Shown here in pieces: positions 9,526 to 14,789 of a stretch of DNA of 14,789 bases; the stretch's first letter is position 1; every line of letters starts with the position of its first letter. Made by a program: the position numbers and the translations under genes. The notes under the pieces were generated by a model. The model searched no databases. It saw only the letters and a list, made by a program, of their open reading frames with translations, and was not told where the DNA came from. This DNA is from Tubiluchus corallicola. Taxonomy: Eukaryota; Animalia; Priapulida. The stretch is from NCBI GenBank assembly GCA_030141605.1, contig JAQGDQ010001840.1, positions 1 through 14,789 of the forward strand. The letters are read 5' to 3'.

Positions 9526-9945
9526 TTCATGCTTCCCATTGTGTTTTGCTACGCAACATACCTCGGTGAAAACAATGTTTTGCGCAGTGCATGATGGGCT
9601 CCCATTGTGTTTTCACTTGCAGTAAAACCTTGGTGAAAACAATGCTTTATACAGTGCACGATGGGCTCCCCATTGTGTTTTCACTTGCAGTAAAACCTTG
9701 GTGAAAACAATGCTTTATGCAGTGCATGATGGGCTCCCAATGTGTTTTCACTTGCAGTAAAACCTTGGTGAAAACAATGCTTTATGCAGTGCATGATGGG
9801 CTCCCCAATGTGTTTTCACTTGCAGTAAAACCTTGGTGAAAACAATGCTTTGCACAGTGCATGATGGGCTCCCCATTGTGTTTTCACTTGCAGTAAAACC
9901 TCGGTGAAAACAATGCTTTGCGCAGTGCATGATGGGAAGAATGAA
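9526..9945. repeat. 66-68-bp tandem repeat, 6 copies, bounded by 14-bp inverted repeats, in the SH2B 3' UTR
   Basis: Units begin at about 9535, 9601, 9669, 9736, 9804 and 9872. Flanks ttcatgcttcccat (9526-9539) and atgggaagaatgaa (9932-9945) are reverse complements at 13 of 14 positions. Confidence 0.95.
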
Positions 9946-10023
9946 GCTTAAACAAAAGCATGGCTTTTTTAAATGAATAACTGCAGTAATTAAAGATCAT
10001 TTTTCCGTAATATAGCGTATAAA

Positions 10024-10522
10024 CACTGCTGTGATAGTTTCTTGATTAATGTAACTGTTACAGTTGCAGTTACATGTTTGATTGGCTACACTTAGCAGTT
10101 ATAGTAACTAGTACAGTAACCATTTCGCCACCATCAGAAAAGTAACTAATTACAGGTGCACTTTGTAGGTGTCCCGCGAAACTATCCTGTCTAACATGGG
10201 TGTGAGGTTGTCAAAATTCACCCTAGAATCAAGTTGCACTGTGACTTTGCACCGTAGAAACTACCATATGACAACGGTCGACTGTACCGTGCTAAAAGAA
10301 GGGTACCCAATTTTTACGATGTGCACCTAATAAACTTTTCATTTGATTTTAATGAAACGTAAAAGTAACTGTTATTTCTGTTACAAGTTACGACAAAAAA
10401 GGAACTAGTCACAGCTACAAGTTATTTCTAAAAAACTGTAACGCGTTACAGTTGCATTTCCTACTGTTTTGGAACTATTTTTTGGAGCTAGTTACATTTG
10501 CAACGTATTACTCCCCATCATG
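10024..10522. mobile_element. Decayed non-autonomous DNA transposon rich in GTAAC/GTTAC motifs
   Basis: Many gtaac/gttac motifs including the palindrome tgtaacgcgttaca (about 10437-10450). Ends cactgctgtgatagt and tactccccatcatg resemble a degenerate CAGTGATGGG-type terminal inverted repeat. Confidence 0.55.
10154..10328. mobile_element. Small nested MITE-like insertion
   Basis: aggtgcactttgta (10154-10167) and tacgatgtgcacct (10315-10328) are reverse complements at 12 of 14 positions. The interior lacks the GTAAC motifs found on both sides. Confidence 0.5.
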
Positions 10523-11692
10523 CTAGCTATAATTTAGCTAAACAACATGATTTTCTCAACTCCTTTAGACTGACAGTACGACGTTAAGAAATTTGTTTCA
10601 TTTACGTGCACTTTGCACAATTAAATCTCTCACACATTTCAAGGTGCTCCACTTTTGTTTTGCACGTCTGTTTATTCAAACACAAAGCCATGTTTTTTTG
10701 CACGCACGATATCATGTGCCAGCTAGGATTTTTTTTTTGTTTTTTTAAACACGTCTTCTTAATTGTTGCTGCTAAGGTTGAACCCATGTTGTTGTATTAC
10801 GCATTGGCATATCCTCGTTATTCGAGATATTTTTTTATCTTATTTAATTTAATTTAAAAGCAGGTAACATTGGGGTTTTGTTTCCATAAACTAACCGTTA
10901 CGAATGGTTGTGAGTGTGAAATACGTGTAAATACGTGTTGACCTTCCTTGTAATGTTGTATATAGTGGATTAGCTGCAGATTTTTTGCAGCGGTTGTTTA
11001 GATTTGTTTAGCCGTCTAATAATACCTGCTTTTATTTAACACTGTTATTTGTTCTTTTAAGCGTTGTTGTTTATTTACATGTACAGGTAAACATCGTCAA
11101 TGTTTACACGTAATCACTCTTGGGCAGCTTGAAGGATGTTTGTGCTTCTGTGGCTCACCAGTTTAAGGTGTGCACAAAGTTCGCACCTGTATGCAAAATA
11201 TCAAATTTACAATTTTTTTAGATTTTTATTTCTTATCCTTATGAAGCCATTCATAATGTTGCTGTTTGTATGCAGAATCTGGCGAAATGAATTCATTTTG
11301 TTCATAAAATATTTTGCGCTGTAGAAAGTACTTCACTGCTAATGTTATTTTATCATTTACTAGCAGATTTATGATCTGCATATTTTGTTTAGTACAATTT
11401 TGCACTGCTAAACTGGGTGGGGGCAACATTGTAGACGATAAAAAGTAGAAAAAATGTTCAAAAATCTTGTCGTTGTAACAAGAAAAGTTCAACATAATAA
11501 ATTATCAAGTGTTTAGGTAATGCTTTTACAATCCCCGTGGAATATCTTTAATAAGTACAACGGAAAGCGTAGAACCATCGATAATTTTCCACCTTTTAAT
11601 ATTTTGCAATGAAAGTGCGGTTCAGTTCCATTTCTCTTTTGACATCATATGTGCGAAATCGTGCCTGTGCCGTTTAGCCGCGCAGTTTTAAT

Positions 11693-13802
11693 GCAGCTAT
11701 AACCATATTTGGCTGAATTGCAGATTAAAATTAGCTACGCAGTATCACAGCTATAACCATATTTGGCTGAATTGCAGATTAAAGTTAGCTACGCAGTATC
11801 ACAGCTATAACCATGTTTGGTTAAATTGCAGATTAAAATTAGCTACGCAGTATCACAGCTATAACCATATTTGGCTAAATTGCAGATTAAAATTAGCTAC
11901 GCAGTATCACATCTATAACCATATTTGGCTGAATTGCAGATTAAAATTAGCTACGCAGTATCGCAGCTATAACCATATTTGGCTGAATTGCAGATTAAAA
12001 TTAGCTACGCAGTATCACAGCTATAACCAAATTTGGCTAAATTGCAGATTAAAATTAGCTACGTAGTATCACAGCTATAACCATATTTGGCTGAATTGCA
12101 GATTAAAATTGGCTACGCAGTATCGCAGCTATAACCATATTTGGCTGAATTGCAGATTAAAATTAGCTACGCAGTATCACATCTATAACCATATTTGGCT
12201 GAATTGCAGATTAAAATTAGCTACGCAGTATCACATCTATAACCATATTTGGCTGAATTGCAGATTAAAATTAGCTACGCAGTATCGCAGCTATAACCAT
12301 ATTTGGCTGAATCGCAGATTAAAATTAGCTACGTAGTATCACAGCTATAACCATGTTTGGTTAAATTGCAGATTAAAATTAGCTACGCAGTAACGCAGCT
12401 ATAACCATATTTGGCTGAATTGCAGATTAAAATTAGCTACACAGTATCACATCTATAACCATATTTGGCTGAATTGCAGATTAAAATTAGCTACGCAGTA
12501 TCGCAGCTATAACCATATTTGGCTGAATTGCAGATTAAAATTAGCTACGCAGTATCGCAGCTATAACCATATTTGGCTGAATCACAGATTAAAATTAGCT
12601 ATGCAGTATCGCAGCTATAACCATATTTGGCTGAATCACAGATTAAAATTAGCTACGCAGTATCGCAGCTATAACCATATTTGGCTGAATTGCAGATTAA
12701 AATTAGCTACGCAGTATCACAGCTATGACCAAATTTGGCTAAATTGCAGATTAAAATTAGCTACGCAGTATCACAGCTATAACCATATTTGGCTGAATTG
12801 CAGATTAAAATTGGCTACGCAGTATCGCAGCTATAACCATATTTGGCTGAATTGCAGATTAAAATTAGCTACGCAGTATCACATCTATAACCATATTTGG
12901 CTGAATTGCAGATTAAAATTAGCTACGCAGTATCACATCTATAACCATATTTGGCTGAATTGCAGATTAAAATTAGCTACGCAGTATCGCAGCTATAACC
13001 ATATTTGGCTGAATCGCAGATTAAAATTAGCTACGTAGTATCACAGCTATAACCATGTTTGGTTAAATTGCAGATTAAAATTAGCTACGCAGTAACGCAG
13101 CTATAACCATATTTGGCTGAATTGCAAATTAAAATTAGCTACACAGTATCACATCTATAACCATATTTGGCTGAATTGCAGATTAAAATTAGCTACGCAG
13201 TATCGCAGCTATAACCATATTTGGCTGAATCACAGATTAAAATTAGCTACGCAGTATCGCAGCTATAACCATATTTGGCTGAATCACAGATTAAAATTAG
13301 CTACGCAGTATTGCAGCTATAACCATATTTGGCTGAATTGCAGATTAAAATTAGCTACGCAGTATCGCAGCTATAACCATATTTGGCTGAATCACAGATT
13401 AAAATTAGCTACACAGTATCACATCTATAACCATATTTGGCTGAATTGCAGATTAAAATTAGCTACGCAGTAACGCAGCTATAACCATATTTGGCTGAAT
13501 TGCAGATTAAAATTAGCTACGCAGTATCACAGCTATAACCATATTTGGCTGAATCACAGATTAAAATTAGCTACGCAGTATCACAGCTATAACCATATTT
13601 GGCTGAATCACAGATTAAAATTAGCTACGCAGTATCACAGCTATAACCATATTTGGCTGAATCACAGATTAAAATTAGCTACGCAGTATCACAGCTATAA
13701 CCATATTTGGCTGAATCACAGATTAAAATTAGCTATGCAGTATCGCAGCTATAATCATATTTGGCTGAATCACAGATTAAAATTAGCTATGCAGTATCAC
13801 AT
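11693..13802. repeat. 54-bp minisatellite, 39 copies
   Basis: Unit cagctataaccatatttggctgaattgcagattaaaattagctacgcagtatc(a/g) from 11694 to a last start at 13746, with constant 54-bp period. Confidence 0.98.
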
Positions 13803-14212
13803 ACATTATATACTTTGTTAATTTGGAATGGTTGTTATCGTACAGTGATTTTAACTGTAATGATGATTTTTTTGGCAAATTTTTAGTTTTTTATTATTAT
13901 ACCTGATTATTTTCATCTGTCTTATTATTATTTTGTACGAATTGTTGCGGCTGGTTAAACTTACACCCAACCCTAGCGTGTACATCTCATGATGCTACTC
14001 TTACAACGTTTTAATTGTTTTGAACTTATGAAATACGATGCACTTTTAACACTAAGTTTTTTGCGTCTTTGTGCATTTTAAACTGTTGCTTTTATCTCGT
14101 TTACCTTGTAAAATAGTCTTTGTCTTTTGGCATTACCTGCGAAAAGTTGTAATCTTAGATCGTGTGTAAAAATTCTTAAATATTTTATCCATTTCCTAAT
14201 TATTTTCTTGTA

Positions 14213-14218
14213 AATAAA
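14213..14218 (+). terminator. Candidate distal polyadenylation signal for the SH2B gene
   Basis: AATAAA at the end of a long T-rich tract, followed by GT-rich tgttcggtttgttttcc. Alternative AATAAA sites lie at 10329 and 11496. Confidence 0.35.
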
Positions 14219-14789
14219 GATGTTCGGTTTGTTTTCCCTGTATAATAACCCCCTGTCTATTTAAACCATTATATTATAGAGTGATGTTAGCAAGTTCATT
14301 TGTGGATGTACTATATTTATACAGTGTTTTTGCGTTCCTGTCACTCTGCCTCTCCCTACCCCCCCCCCCAGTCCCCACCCGCTGTGCCAGTTAATTTAGA
14401 TTTTTACTCTCGAAGGTTTGTCATATATGCTAGTCATAATGTAATGATAATTGTAATCACTTTTGTAGAAGTGAATGATTGTTTATTGGCAGAATGTAAG
14501 CCTAGCGTTCTTGACATCTGAGTTATTTTTGAAGTGCGCACGTTTTCTCCCGCCATTGATGACAAAATCGATCTTTCTGATAATAGATGGAGCCACTCGC
14601 AACGTTTTCACTGCCGGGCGCTGCTGCCTTGTTGATCATAGACCATTTTCTTGTTCGAATTGCAGTTAATGCATGATTACAATTTAAAGTAAAATTGCAG
14701 TCATGGCTAAGAGTGAAATTAGCGAATAATAGTGGTGTCATCTGTTGTTAGAAAAATCAACTATTGTGAAAAATCGTTTTTCACATAGT

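Noticed and set aside
10509-10525. Additional Staf-like motif ctccccatcatgc
   Set aside because: More simply explained as the terminal repeat of the GTAAC-rich transposon relic.
10602-11495. Several 60-90-aa ORFs, and those at 14300-14741
   Set aside because: Low-complexity products of AT-rich UTR or intergenic sequence with no recognisable domains or exon structure.
12109-13038. ORFs (ATQYHSYNHIWLNCRLKL)n resembling a His/Cys repeat protein
   Set aside because: Translation of the 54-bp minisatellite, interrupted by TAG and TAA variants, with no convincing splice sites or domain pattern.

Overview
AT-rich eukaryotic genomic DNA, probably from an invertebrate animal (spliceosomal GT-AG introns, tRNA-derived SINEs, minisatellites); the species cannot be determined. 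Two protein-coding genes are present on opposite strands. The minus strand carries the first two coding exons of a beta-type syntrophin (split PH domain with an embedded PDZ domain; 7455-6779 and 5110-4930). The plus strand carries the last two coding exons of an SH2B/Lnk/APS-family adaptor (SH2 domain plus C-terminal RAIENMYSF motif; 7991-8190 and 9138-9494). The SH2B exon at 7991 is internal and I found no earlier SH2B exon in the window, so the syntrophin 5' end appears to lie antisense inside an SH2B intron. About a third of the window is four minisatellites (69, 55, about 67 and 54 bp units). The about 67-bp array in the SH2B 3' UTR is a hairpin-rich structure bounded by inverted repeats and carrying ZNF143/Staf-like motifs. 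One near-complete SINE, two SINE heads and several decayed MITE/LINE relics fill the introns and UTR. No CRISPR, rRNA or intact tRNA gene is supported.
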